The notes below the pieces were generated by a model. It was not told the DNA's origin. It saw only the letters and a program-made list of their open reading frames with translations, and ran no database searches. From positions 314,896 through 378,895 of the forward strand of contig JAFGFJ010000006.1 in assembly GCA_016931155.1 (NCBI GenBank): 64,000 nucleotides of DNA. The letters are read 5' to 3'. Positions 45,573 to 54,315 of this stretch are shown here, piece after piece (position 1 is the first letter of the stretch; each line of letters begins with the position of its first letter). Both the position numbers and the translations under genes were made by a program. Source of the stretch: Candidatus Dojkabacteria bacterium. GTDB lineage: Bacteria > Patescibacteriota > Dojkabacteria > B142 > JAFGFJ01.

Positions 45573-47299
45573 TATCTTTGAAAATCTTCAAGATTTTTCT
45601 TTTTACAAATTTCTTTTTATTGTTTTCCTTTTTCTTAGGTGGACATAGTACATCTGCTGCATCTTTTTCCCAGGAATTCTCAAGTATTTACACAATAAAT
45701 AGTGATCTTTCTGCGAATGTGACCTTTAGGGAAGTATTTGTAAACATTTCTTCGACTGAAGTTCTTGATCGTTACAAGGTAAATATTCCTTTTGCAGATG
45801 CAACTGATATAAGTGTTAAGGTAAATGGATCGGGGACAATTTCTGGTCATAAGGTGACAGGTGGAAGAACTGAAGTAAGTGTGGATTTTGATCCTGTTAT
45901 TAAAGATCAGACAGCAGTTATTCTTACTTCTTTTAAGACATATCAAGTTGCCAAAGACTTTGGAGGGATAACTGCTTTACTTATCCCTTCAGTGGATTCA
46001 GGGGTAAAGATTAGTAATCAGGCAGTAAATGTTTCAAAGTCACTGGGAGAGTTGAGTTGTGCTTCTACTGACTTTACAAAGGGGAAGGAAACGAAGCAAA
46101 ATATTTACAATTTCAACTCTTCTTCTAATATATACATGACTTTTGGGAATAGTGTGAAATACAATTTCAGCTTAAAACAGTCCTTAATTAACAATACCAG
46201 CAAAGAGGTTACAACAAAATTCCTGCTTCCATATGAAGATTCAAGGCAGTCATTATATTTTTACTTTTCCAATTATGATGCGGTTCTGGTCTCTGATGGG
46301 AGTAACAATAAGGAGATATTTGTGTCATTAAAACCTACGGAAAATAAAAGTATTGGAATAAATGGACTGCTAAGTTCGAAAAATACGGATCGGGAGATCG
46401 TTGAAAGCAAGGTAAAAGATATTTACAAAAAGGTAATAAGTGAGCATTCTCCATCTTCCGACTCCAGATTTGAAAGAAAGTCGATTGGAGAATTGAAAGA
46501 ACAGAAGTCACTTAGTGAGATTCAGTATGCAGATCTATTGGTTTCTCTTCTAAAGGAGAAGAATATTGATGCAAAAATAATTATTGGCAGAAACAATGGT
46601 GCTCGAATGTTTGGTCGCAGTGAGGACATTGATGCTTGGGTTTCCTACTTTGATGAATCATCAAAGAACTGGCAAGGTCTTGATCCATATTTTGCTGATT
46701 CGAACAATCTTGGAGACGAACCCTTTTTTAATCCAGACAGGATAGCATATTTTGTTTTAGATGGTTCTAAAGCCGAGGAATCTTATGGGTATTACTTCCT
46801 TGAAGGACAAGGGTTCTATGTTGAGCTTTCGAAATATGATGGGGACGAATTTTTGATCGACAAGTCTTTTGATTACACTGTTACTATTGATCCTATTGAC
46901 AAGGTGTCACTTGATGTTCATTTTCCTGTTTCCATAAAACTGGCAAATCGTTCTTCAAGGGCAATTAGAATAAAAGATGCTCATTATAAGGGCAAAAAAC
47001 TGGAAATAAGAGCCAGAGATAAGAATTTATGGGTTCTTCCCGGGCATTCGGCAAGATATCAAATTGAAGGGCTTATGGTAAAAGGTCTTTTTGGAGAAAA
47101 AAAACAAACATTTGAACTTTCTTTAAGTATTGAGTCAGCGGGGGGAGAAATACAGAATCAGGAAAAAAGTATCGAAATAACTGCACTTCCGACTGTTAGG
47201 ACTTTCCTTCCGTTGATGGTTGCCCTGACTGTACTTTCAGTGAGTTTTTTCTTGTTTCTCATGTTTAAGAAACATATAAAATTGACACATAAGCGATGA
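45569..47299 (+). CDS. Exported, C-terminally anchored transglutaminase-like protein with substituted catalytic residues
   Basis: Signal peptide (FFLLFSFFLGGHSTSAAS). A core resembling the transglutaminase fold (IQYADLLVSLLKEKNIDAKIIIG...DAWVSYFDESSKNWQGLDPY), but QY replaces the nucleophile Cys context and DAW replaces HAW. C-terminal TM helix. ATGA overlap with gltX. Confidence 0.6.
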   Translation: MISLKIFKIFLFTNFFLLFSFFLGGHSTSAASFSQEFSSIYTINSDLSANVTFREVFVNISSTEVLDRYKVNIPFADATDISVKVNGSGTISGHKVTGGRTEVSVDFDPVIKDQTAVILTSFKTYQVAKDFGGITALLIPSVDSGVKISNQAVNVSKSLGELSCASTDFTKGKETKQNIYNFNSSSNIYMTFGNSVKYNFSLKQSLINNTSKEVTTKFLLPYEDSRQSLYFYFSNYDAVLVSDGSNNKEIFVSLKPTENKSIGINGLLSSKNTDREIVESKVKDIYKKVISEHSPSSDSRFERKSIGELKEQKSLSEIQYADLLVSLLKEKNIDAKIIIGRNNGARMFGRSEDIDAWVSYFDESSKNWQGLDPYFADSNNLGDEPFFNPDRIAYFVLDGSKAEESYGYYFLEGQGFYVELSKYDGDEFLIDKSFDYTVTIDPIDKVSLDVHFPVSIKLANRSSRAIRIKDAHYKGKKLEIRARDKNLWVLPGHSARYQIEGLMVKGLFGEKKQTFELSLSIESAGGEIQNQEKSIEITALPTVRTFLPLMVALTVLSVSFFLFLMFKKHIKLTHKR

Positions 47300-47344
47300 C
47301 CTAGCATAATTACTTAATAAAAATGTGTCAGTAAGTCTGCCCAA

Positions 47345-49432
47345 ATGAAGATAAAAGACAAATATACAATTTTTCTAGAAAACTATGACCTCAAGCAGGA
47401 GGAAGCTTTTGGTCAGAGAGCTAAAGATTTTTATGATCTCGTACATTTAAACGTGAGTGTTCCTTCTACTTTTTTTGTAAATTCCTCTGCTTTTGATGAT
47501 TTTATACATGGGAATAATCTCAGTGAATATATTATCGAACGTCTCTTAGGTGTGAATATTGATAATTCAAGGGATTTGGAGAAAACATCCAAAGAGATAA
47601 AAGAAGCAATTATGAGTGGGAGTATTTCTAAGGAATTGGAAGAGGAATTGTCTACTTGTTATTCCAGGCTTTCCGGTTTTAGTGATTCACTTGTTTCTAT
47701 GACATATTCTCCGATTAATCCGGATCTTGATTATTCATCATTTAGTGAAAAATCTTTTGTTCATCTAAATATTAGAGGTAAGGATGAGCTTATCGATACA
47801 GTAAAGCTTATCTGGACCTCTTTATTCGAACCAAAGGCTATTTTTTACAGGGAAGCAAAGAGATATTCTGGTGCTCTCACGGTAGCTGTAGTTGTTCAAA
47901 AACTAATCTTTGCCGAGTCTTCTGGGGTTTTATTTACAGTCGATCCAATAACAAATGATTCTACTAAGGCTCAGATTGAGGCGATACTTGGAGTGATTGA
48001 TCCTCTTGTTGACTCAGAGCTTAATCCTGATGTTTATATTTATGACAAAGTGCTAGGTACAATTACTGAAAAAAACACTGTCAATCAGGATTGGATGTTG
48101 GTACGCAAAGGAAGAGTAAAGGGTAATGAAAGTCCTCATGCAAAAGTTAACATATCTCCTGTTTATAAAAAGTTGCAGAAAATTGACGATACCTATTTGG
48201 ACTACCTTGGTAAGCTTGCAGTCACTCTTGATAAATACAACGAATCTCCGCTCGAAGTTGAATGGGTACTTGAATCAGGAAGGATAAGTGTTACAAGAAT
48301 AAGACCAGTGACTACATTGACGATCAATGAAACCGATTGGAAATTTGCTCCTACTGTAACAGCTCTAAAAAGTAAGTTGGAGTCCAGGGAAAAAACAGTA
48401 AATAACCAGTCAGGTTCGCTTTCATTGCAGGAATTTCAAGTCAAAAATAGATCGGATTATGAGGAACAGATGACTGAAATTTCTGAGATGATTCCTGGTA
48501 AAGGAGATCTAGTACCAATTTCTCCAGACATTGGAGTGCCTAAGCTATCACCTCCTTCAATGATTCAGGAAAAGAAGAAAGCAATAATGGGGGAAGATGT
48601 TAAATCTACTGAAGAGCTAGTTGTGCAGGAAGAAATTCTGGTTAATCGGGCTTTTCCAGTCTCTGATGACTTATCAACAGTTACAAAAATCTTTTACGAA
48701 GTTGAAAACAAACAGGGAGTGGAAAAAATTTCTAACTTACCATTAGATGGCGTTGTAGCCCAATTTAATAAAAGTCTTCTGGATAAAGAAATGGGTAGTG
48801 TTTTACTTGAGGCAGCATCAAGGGCAGGGGAGAAACCAGTTCTGTTTTCTCTGTTTTCCAATGGGAGTGTAAATGATATAGAGCTAAAAAAACAGATTGT
48901 GACTTTGAAACAAGTCAGGAATAAAAGCAACAAGAAGAATGTTTGGGTCACAATACCTGCTTTTCATGATAAGCAGGAAATAATAGAAGTTAAGAAATTG
49001 ATTTCAACAATTGGATTGAAGAGATCTTCTACGTTTAAAATTTTCTTGTCAATTAATAGCCCAGCTGCAGCTATGCAGATATTGGAATTTATTGATATAG
49101 GTATCGATGGGATTCTGATAAACTTTTCGAAGTTTGCTGCTCTTAGTCTTGATAAAAAGGTAGGTGATGTCCAATCAAGTGATCTTTTAAAAAACGAAGC
49201 AATTGAAAAAATACTTAGGGGATTGGTAATGGATATAAATAGATCCAAGATTGATTCAATAATTGTGTTTGATCATTTAGAGATTGATGAAAAAATCCTA
49301 ACTAAATTAGTAGAGATTGGGACAATAGGATTTTCTACTGAATTAACAACGATACCTGGACTTAAGAAACACCTCCAGTCTATTGAGGCAGAAAAGATAT
49401 TGAGGCATAAGGGAGGGAAAGCTCACAAGTGA
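47345..49432 (+). CDS. PEP synthase / pyruvate-phosphate-dikinase-like protein lacking the phosphohistidine swivel domain
   Basis: N-terminal PPDK_N ATP-grasp blocks (VAVVVQKLIFAESSGVLFTVDPITND...IEAILG; EVEWVLESGRISVTRIRP). A C-terminal TIM-barrel-like region (WVTIPAF...EIIEVKKLI...IDGILINFSKFA). No GGxTSHAA-type His motif anywhere in the protein. Confidence 0.7.
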   Translation: MKIKDKYTIFLENYDLKQEEAFGQRAKDFYDLVHLNVSVPSTFFVNSSAFDDFIHGNNLSEYIIERLLGVNIDNSRDLEKTSKEIKEAIMSGSISKELEEELSTCYSRLSGFSDSLVSMTYSPINPDLDYSSFSEKSFVHLNIRGKDELIDTVKLIWTSLFEPKAIFYREAKRYSGALTVAVVVQKLIFAESSGVLFTVDPITNDSTKAQIEAILGVIDPLVDSELNPDVYIYDKVLGTITEKNTVNQDWMLVRKGRVKGNESPHAKVNISPVYKKLQKIDDTYLDYLGKLAVTLDKYNESPLEVEWVLESGRISVTRIRPVTTLTINETDWKFAPTVTALKSKLESREKTVNNQSGSLSLQEFQVKNRSDYEEQMTEISEMIPGKGDLVPISPDIGVPKLSPPSMIQEKKKAIMGEDVKSTEELVVQEEILVNRAFPVSDDLSTVTKIFYEVENKQGVEKISNLPLDGVVAQFNKSLLDKEMGSVLLEAASRAGEKPVLFSLFSNGSVNDIELKKQIVTLKQVRNKSNKKNVWVTIPAFHDKQEIIEVKKLISTIGLKRSSTFKIFLSINSPAAAMQILEFIDIGIDGILINFSKFAALSLDKKVGDVQSSDLLKNEAIEKILRGLVMDINRSKIDSIIVFDHLEIDEKILTKLVEIGTIGFSTELTTIPGLKKHLQSIEAEKILRHKGGKAHK

Positions 49433-49668
49433 TGTGTTCCAACTTGAAACAGAAACTCAATATAACTGCGTTTTGATGTTGATATGTCGTTTGCTTCTCT
49501 GCTGAGTGAATCGTTTACTTTTTTAAACATATTAATTGGCGGGATTTTTTTGTTTAGAAATACTTATGATAAACAAAGAGATAATAATAAATAAGCTAGG
49601 AATTGTCTGTAGTTAATATTTATTATTTTTTTGTATATTTGATACAACGATAATTACTGGAAAACATT

Positions 49669-50397
49669 ATGAATAAAAAAGTACTAATTTTTCTTGTGAC
49701 TTTGGTTTTATCTTTTACTTTGAGTGGCTGTGCTAAAAACTCGTCTAGTGACTCAATTGCTGATCATACATCAAAAAATGGCAGTGTAATTTTTATTTAT
49801 GGTGCAAGGGTCTTTACCTCTCCGCTTAAGGATAGTGACCTCATTAACGCAAATATTTCGATCACAACGAATATGATTTTTGATTTAAGTAAACAGGTAA
49901 AGGGGTTTACTATTTCTGAGATAAGTATAACTTCACCAGAACTAATAGGAATTGTTAAAAAGTTTAAACCAAAACACATACTGCGTAGTGATAATTGTGT
50001 AAACTGGTATTTGGGGGCTTGCGATGAAATACCTGATCCTGCTGAAATAGCAAGCGAGGGAGACAGCTTTGATTTTTTGGTGGTAGAGCATGAAGCAGCA
50101 TATCTGGATGAAATTTCAAAAGAAGGCTATTTCAATGTTATTTATAATGTTGTTGTAACTGAAATTGCACAGGTTTCATCAAGGAAAATTGAGGCAGATA
50201 CTGGGCATTTTGAGAACTCCAAAGTTCTGCAATATGCTGGTCTAAATGAAAAACAGTTGAGTTTTGATTTGACATATCAGGTGAAAATAGAATTTGAAGA
50301 TGGAGAAGAATTTTCTAACCAGTACAGATACATTGTTAATGCATTAGACTTAATTGAGAAGGGGTACACAACCGAGAACACAGAAGATAAGCTGTGA
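49669..50397 (+). CDS. Hypothetical lipoprotein
   Basis: Signal peptide with lipobox LSGC (LVLSFTLSGCAKN). No family recognised. Confidence 0.75.
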   Translation: MNKKVLIFLVTLVLSFTLSGCAKNSSSDSIADHTSKNGSVIFIYGARVFTSPLKDSDLINANISITTNMIFDLSKQVKGFTISEISITSPELIGIVKKFKPKHILRSDNCVNWYLGACDEIPDPAEIASEGDSFDFLVVEHEAAYLDEISKEGYFNVIYNVVVTEIAQVSSRKIEADTGHFENSKVLQYAGLNEKQLSFDLTYQVKIEFEDGEEFSNQYRYIVNALDLIEKGYTTENTEDKL

Positions 50398-50491
50398 TTG
50401 GTGATCTATCGTCAAGCTAGATAAAGAAAAATTGACTTCAAGCCATAATGGACTTAGACTGTTGGATAACTAATTTATTAAACTGTCCATT

Positions 50492-51661
50492 ATGGAAAAG
50501 AATTTTTTAAGGCTTTTATCAAAAGCCTTTGCAGTGCTTCTTTCAGTTTTGTGCGGTAGTTCATTCCTCCTGATCAATACTCAAGCAGTAATGGCAAAAA
50601 AACCTAATCCACCGAAAGTGGATATTTTTCTTGATACAGACACTGGGGTAGGAGATGCGGTGGCAGTAGCCTGGGCACTAAAGGATAGTAAGACAAATGT
50701 GCTCGGTATAACCACAGTTGCAGGAAACACTACTGTGGAAAATGCTACAAAGAATGTGCTTACTCTGCTTGATGTCATGGGGAGGACAGATATTAGCGTA
50801 ACTATGGGGGCATCTGAACCTTTAGTTAAACCACATTACAATGTTGGGGATGTAATACACGGTTTAGATGGGCTTTGGTTTCAACAACAGCCACATGATT
50901 TGAGTGCAATCCCGACAGATGCACCCTTAGCACTGGCGACTGCAGCAAGTGAAAATCCAGGAATGACAATAGTTGCACTAGGTCCGTTGACTAACATTGC
51001 TCAAGCTGTTCAAAGATATCCGGATGATATGAGAGGAGTAAAAATTATCACATTAGAGCTGACTGGAAGTGAAACCAGCAGTGCTCACTCGGATCCATAC
51101 CCTGGTGGATTTAATGTGTGGAATGATCCTGATGCCTTGAAAGTATTACTTGAAGCAGATGGACTGGACTTGGATATCTATCTAGCTGGTACTGGAGTAT
51201 TGGATAGTGTAACTGTTGATAGTGCGACTTTCCCTCAGAGATTGATTGATAAGGGAGGTACATTAGGACAGTTTATGGCAGCATTCTTAATACCTAATTT
51301 TCAAATCGCAACTATGGGTGCCGGGGGTCCAGTTGTTATGGATGACCCAGCTTTGACTATCCTGGCAGTAAGACCTGAGTATCTAAAGTCATACGTAGAA
51401 GGTTACGCAAAAGTATCAACAAATGAAGATTTCACAAGCGGTCAAATATTTTTTGGTTATAACGTCAACACCAAGGCATTCCTACTTTCTACGCCGGAAG
51501 AACAATCAATACTTGCAGATAGAATGTTTTCTGATCCCAATTTTAACCTGCAGTATGAAATTGGGCTTATTTTGATGAGGCATCCTGATAATATTAAAGT
51601 GATAACCGAGATTAATGGTAAGAAAATAAAGAAACTAATTGATAAAGACTTTGTAAAGTAG
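50492..51661 (+). CDS. Exported inosine-uridine-preferring-type nucleoside hydrolase
   Basis: N-terminal signal/anchor (AVLLSVLCGSSFLLINTQAVMA), then IUNH blocks DIFLDTDTGVGDAVAVAWAL, GITTVAGNTTVENATKN and HGLDGLW. The DxDxxxDD motif reads DTDTGVGD. Confidence 0.8.
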   Translation: MEKNFLRLLSKAFAVLLSVLCGSSFLLINTQAVMAKKPNPPKVDIFLDTDTGVGDAVAVAWALKDSKTNVLGITTVAGNTTVENATKNVLTLLDVMGRTDISVTMGASEPLVKPHYNVGDVIHGLDGLWFQQQPHDLSAIPTDAPLALATAASENPGMTIVALGPLTNIAQAVQRYPDDMRGVKIITLELTGSETSSAHSDPYPGGFNVWNDPDALKVLLEADGLDLDIYLAGTGVLDSVTVDSATFPQRLIDKGGTLGQFMAAFLIPNFQIATMGAGGPVVMDDPALTILAVRPEYLKSYVEGYAKVSTNEDFTSGQIFFGYNVNTKAFLLSTPEEQSILADRMFSDPNFNLQYEIGLILMRHPDNIKVITEINGKKIKKLIDKDFVK

Positions 51662-51687
51662 AAAGCCAGTAATCTGTAATTAGCAAA

Positions 51688-51714
51688 GGGGGGATAAAAA
51701 TCCCCCCTTTTTTT
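51688..51714 (+). terminator. Rho-independent terminator after the nucleoside hydrolase gene
   Basis: Stem GGGGGGA(51688-51694)/TCCCCCC(51701-51707), 6-nt loop, T7 (51708-51714). Confidence 0.8.
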
Positions 51715-51777
51715 GACCAATATGGAATCAAATGCTCTGATCCCTTTATTAAGTCTTTTGTCTGCTTAATTCAGATT

Positions 51778-52977
51778 CTAAAGACTCTGTTTTCTCATAG
51801 GGGGTTTGTCTGGAGTATACTTAGACCCCGGGCTGAAAAATTCATTCAGACTATCCTTGGTTTCGTATTCTTCTTCCAGTTTACCTTTGTAGTAATGTCT
51901 AAGTTTCACTGTAGCTTTGTATTTCCGGTAGGAACCGGTCAAATTCCAGGTAAAATTCCTTGACACGAATCTAATTAACTTATTTAACCAAGCAGGATTG
52001 GAGTCTCTTATTGCTGTGAGTTCCAACATTGGAACTACCCTCAGGGTTTCAGTATCATGGACATCAAATTCGTAACGATGATCACCTTCTTCACAGATAT
52101 TATAATATACATTGGCACGATTTCTGTGGGACTCTTTGTCATAATGGTCTTCTCCTCTTTCAAGAGTCCATTTATCAGGGTTGTGAAAAACGATTTTGCC
52201 ATCTTTGGCAAGCAGAATATTCGTTTTTACTGCAGAATTATTGTAGTTATTTTTGCTGATATTATAACCTGCAAGTCCCTGATAGGGTCCTGCAGCAAAC
52301 GAAAACCAGTGCCAGTGATTCCATATATCCAACATAGCATTAGTGAATCCATGATCACTATAGCCGTTGCCATTGAGTTCAATTTTTAAATCGCCCTTAC
52401 GTATATAACCGGTTATCTTTGAGAATGGTTGTGTGACCAGCCAGGCGATGAATTTGTCATCGACATTCGAACAGGTAATACCTGTTCCCTCACGGAAAGC
52501 AGGTACTAAGGCTCTTAATTCAAGGTATACTTCTATATCCAGTTTGGGTAAATACATGGTAGCCTTAAGGTGTCGAGTGTCGCCATTAATAGCCTCAAGT
52601 GTGTTTGGCCCCATTTTTACATTTAAACGATCTTTGCTGTAAGAAAAATCCTTTCCTGAATAATGAAATTCGTTAACTACCTCAATGCCTGGAAAATGTA
52701 TTTCTACAGACAAGTATGGTTCAGCTTTCTTGGATTTATATGTCAGAACGTTGTTATAGGTATAGTTAATCAGCATCCATCCCTCTTTAGTACGGGCATC
52801 AATATAATGCCATTCGAACCATCCTGGCTCTTCTCCAATAGGCGTCCTTACTGCTGCCTCCCAGTCTTCATGGAAATGCTTCAAATTTATCTTGTCACAA
52901 CCAAGTTTGCGATAAATATCTTTGTTTTTGGGATAGCCCAGAAATACTTTTGCATCTTCTTTTGTGTTCTTTTTCAT
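51778..52977 (-). CDS. Hypothetical protein, possibly CrtC/AttH-like lipocalin-fold hydratase/hydrolase family
   Basis: 399-aa ORF. Weak by-eye resemblance to the CrtC/AttH family (GWFEWHYIDARTKEGW...; GNGYSDHGFTN...WNHWHWFSF). Not verified. Confidence 0.45.
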   Translation of the reverse strand: MKKNTKEDAKVFLGYPKNKDIYRKLGCDKINLKHFHEDWEAAVRTPIGEEPGWFEWHYIDARTKEGWMLINYTYNNVLTYKSKKAEPYLSVEIHFPGIEVVNEFHYSGKDFSYSKDRLNVKMGPNTLEAINGDTRHLKATMYLPKLDIEVYLELRALVPAFREGTGITCSNVDDKFIAWLVTQPFSKITGYIRKGDLKIELNGNGYSDHGFTNAMLDIWNHWHWFSFAAGPYQGLAGYNISKNNYNNSAVKTNILLAKDGKIVFHNPDKWTLERGEDHYDKESHRNRANVYYNICEEGDHRYEFDVHDTETLRVVPMLELTAIRDSNPAWLNKLIRFVSRNFTWNLTGSYRKYKATVKLRHYYKGKLEEEYETKDSLNEFFSPGSKYTPDKPPMRKQSL

Positions 52978-53246
52978 TATAATTATATTTTAAATAAACA
53001 TAAAATTTGGGATCACTTAGTTGTGTATCCCCTTAATATATTATTCTAGTACATATATATTCTTTTTACTTTAATTCCCTCTTCCCATAAGTTCCATGCT
53101 GTGTATAGCCTTTCTGTGACTGTCATGCTACTTGTCTGCTTAAAATGTAATCTAGGATTGACATTCTAGCAGTTTTGTCGCATTTCTAATGATTATTTAG
53201 CGGAGAGTAAAGAATATATGGTGTTGCTGTTTTTATTGTTTTGGGA

Positions 53247-53873
53247 TTACTTGAACTTAATAACTACACAATATGATTTAGATAAATCTTCAAGGAAATA
53301 TGCAACCTTGAATACCAAAATACCATCAATATGTATATTTTCTATTCTGGAATAACCCAGATTTTCTAACTCCAGAGAAGTTATAGTCGCTGGTATACGG
53401 GCAACTATATTTGTAGTCAAATATTTGCGGGTCAGATTGAACATCTTTCTTAGACTGGGTTTTGTGTCATCTACGCTATTGACATGACTTGATCTGTCCA
53501 TTTTTCTTGTACTCCAACCGGGATCAAGAAATACTATATCAGCTTGAAGTTTTTTTAGAAGACTATGATCTAAGACATCTCCTTGGATAAAGTTTACTTT
53601 ATCGCTCACTCCATATATCTTTGAATTACTGGTAGCCATTTTTATTCTTTTCTCATCTAACTCAATACCTATGACATTGTCCATATATTTCCCAAGTTGT
53701 ATGCACAAAGCCCCGATACAACTGCATAATTCAATTGCTCTTGTAAATTTCCCCATAGAGCTTGCCTGTTTTGCGATATGTTGAGCGACATATTCAGGAC
53801 AGCTAATAAGAGCTGACTCCTTGTCGGAGCGAACCTCTTTCGTGAACCTTTGCGTCTTTTTTAATGTGATCAA
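53247..53873 (-). CDS. SAM-dependent methyltransferase of the RNA cap guanine-N2 (TGS1-like / Methyltransf_15) type (TTG start)
   Basis: CPEYVAQHIA..., motif I-like ELCSCIGALCIQLG, VIGIELDEKRIKMATSNSKIYGVSDKVNFIQGDV, and ADIVFLDPGWS (compare the family's VFLSPPWGG). Confidence 0.65.
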   Translation of the reverse strand: MITLKKTQRFTKEVRSDKESALISCPEYVAQHIAKQASSMGKFTRAIELCSCIGALCIQLGKYMDNVIGIELDEKRIKMATSNSKIYGVSDKVNFIQGDVLDHSLLKKLQADIVFLDPGWSTRKMDRSSHVNSVDDTKPSLRKMFNLTRKYLTTNIVARIPATITSLELENLGYSRIENIHIDGILVFKVAYFLEDLSKSYCVVIKFK

Positions 53874-54021
53874 ACGTTGTTATTGAAAAACAGGACGGCT
53901 AATAGGGTTAGAGCCGTTCTCGAAACAGTTTATGCCAAATGGAGTAGTAGAGGCAATTAATGTGTCCTTTTTTTGGATGGTATCAGGATGAGACGGTATC
54001 TTAACTTAATTTTTGAAGGTT

Positions 54022-54096
54022 GGAGCGGGCAACGGGAATCGAACCCGTATCATCAGTTTGGAAAACTGACATAATAACCTTTATACGATGCCCGCA
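54022..54096 (-). tRNA. tRNA-Gly (anticodon UCC), CCA encoded
   Basis: The reverse complement GCGGGCATCGTATAAAGGTTATTATGTCAGTTTTCCAAACTGATGATACGGGTTCGATTCCCGTTGCCCGCTCCA folds as a cloverleaf. Anticodon loop TT-TCC-AA. T-loop GGTTCGATTCC. Very close to the classical bacterial tRNA-Gly(UCC). Confidence 0.95.
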
Positions 54097-54239
54097 CAAA
54101 ACACGCAATTGTAGCAGATCAGTCTCCTTTTTGTGAAGCAATGGACCAGGAATTGTGTTAATGGTCGGGTACGGCTGAAACTTTATCGTGTCCTGTTTTC
54201 TGCTAGTTTTCATCTATTGCAATATTGGGATTACTTAGT

Positions 54240-54315
54240 ATGAGTAGCTATCTCCGAAGCACTTCAAGTCTCTGTGCATGAGTAGCTCTTCCCGCAGCAC
54301 TTCAAATTCCTGTCG
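54240..54315. repeat. Imperfect 38-nt tandem duplication spanning the stop codon of the 424-aa gene
   Basis: 54240-54277 (atgagtagctatctccgaagcacttcaagtctctgtgc) against 54278-54315 (atgagtagctcttcccgcagcacttcaaattcctgtcg) is 28/38 identical, and 24/28 over the first 28 nt. Confidence 0.8.

Noticed and set aside
51700-54096. Genomic island integrated at tRNA-Gly (lineage-specific genes lie 3' of the tRNA: a methyltransferase and a CrtC-like protein).
   Set aside because: I recognised no integrase, recombinase or transposase in the window. Inspecting the intergenic regions at 49433-49668, 51662-51777 and 52978-53246 by eye, I found no direct repeat of the tRNA 3' end. An exhaustive computational repeat search was not possible, so this rejection is provisional.
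54001-54213. 70-aa ORF on the minus strand.
   Set aside because: It overlaps the tRNA-Gly(UCC) gene at 54022-54096. Part of the ORF is simply the tRNA sequence translated.
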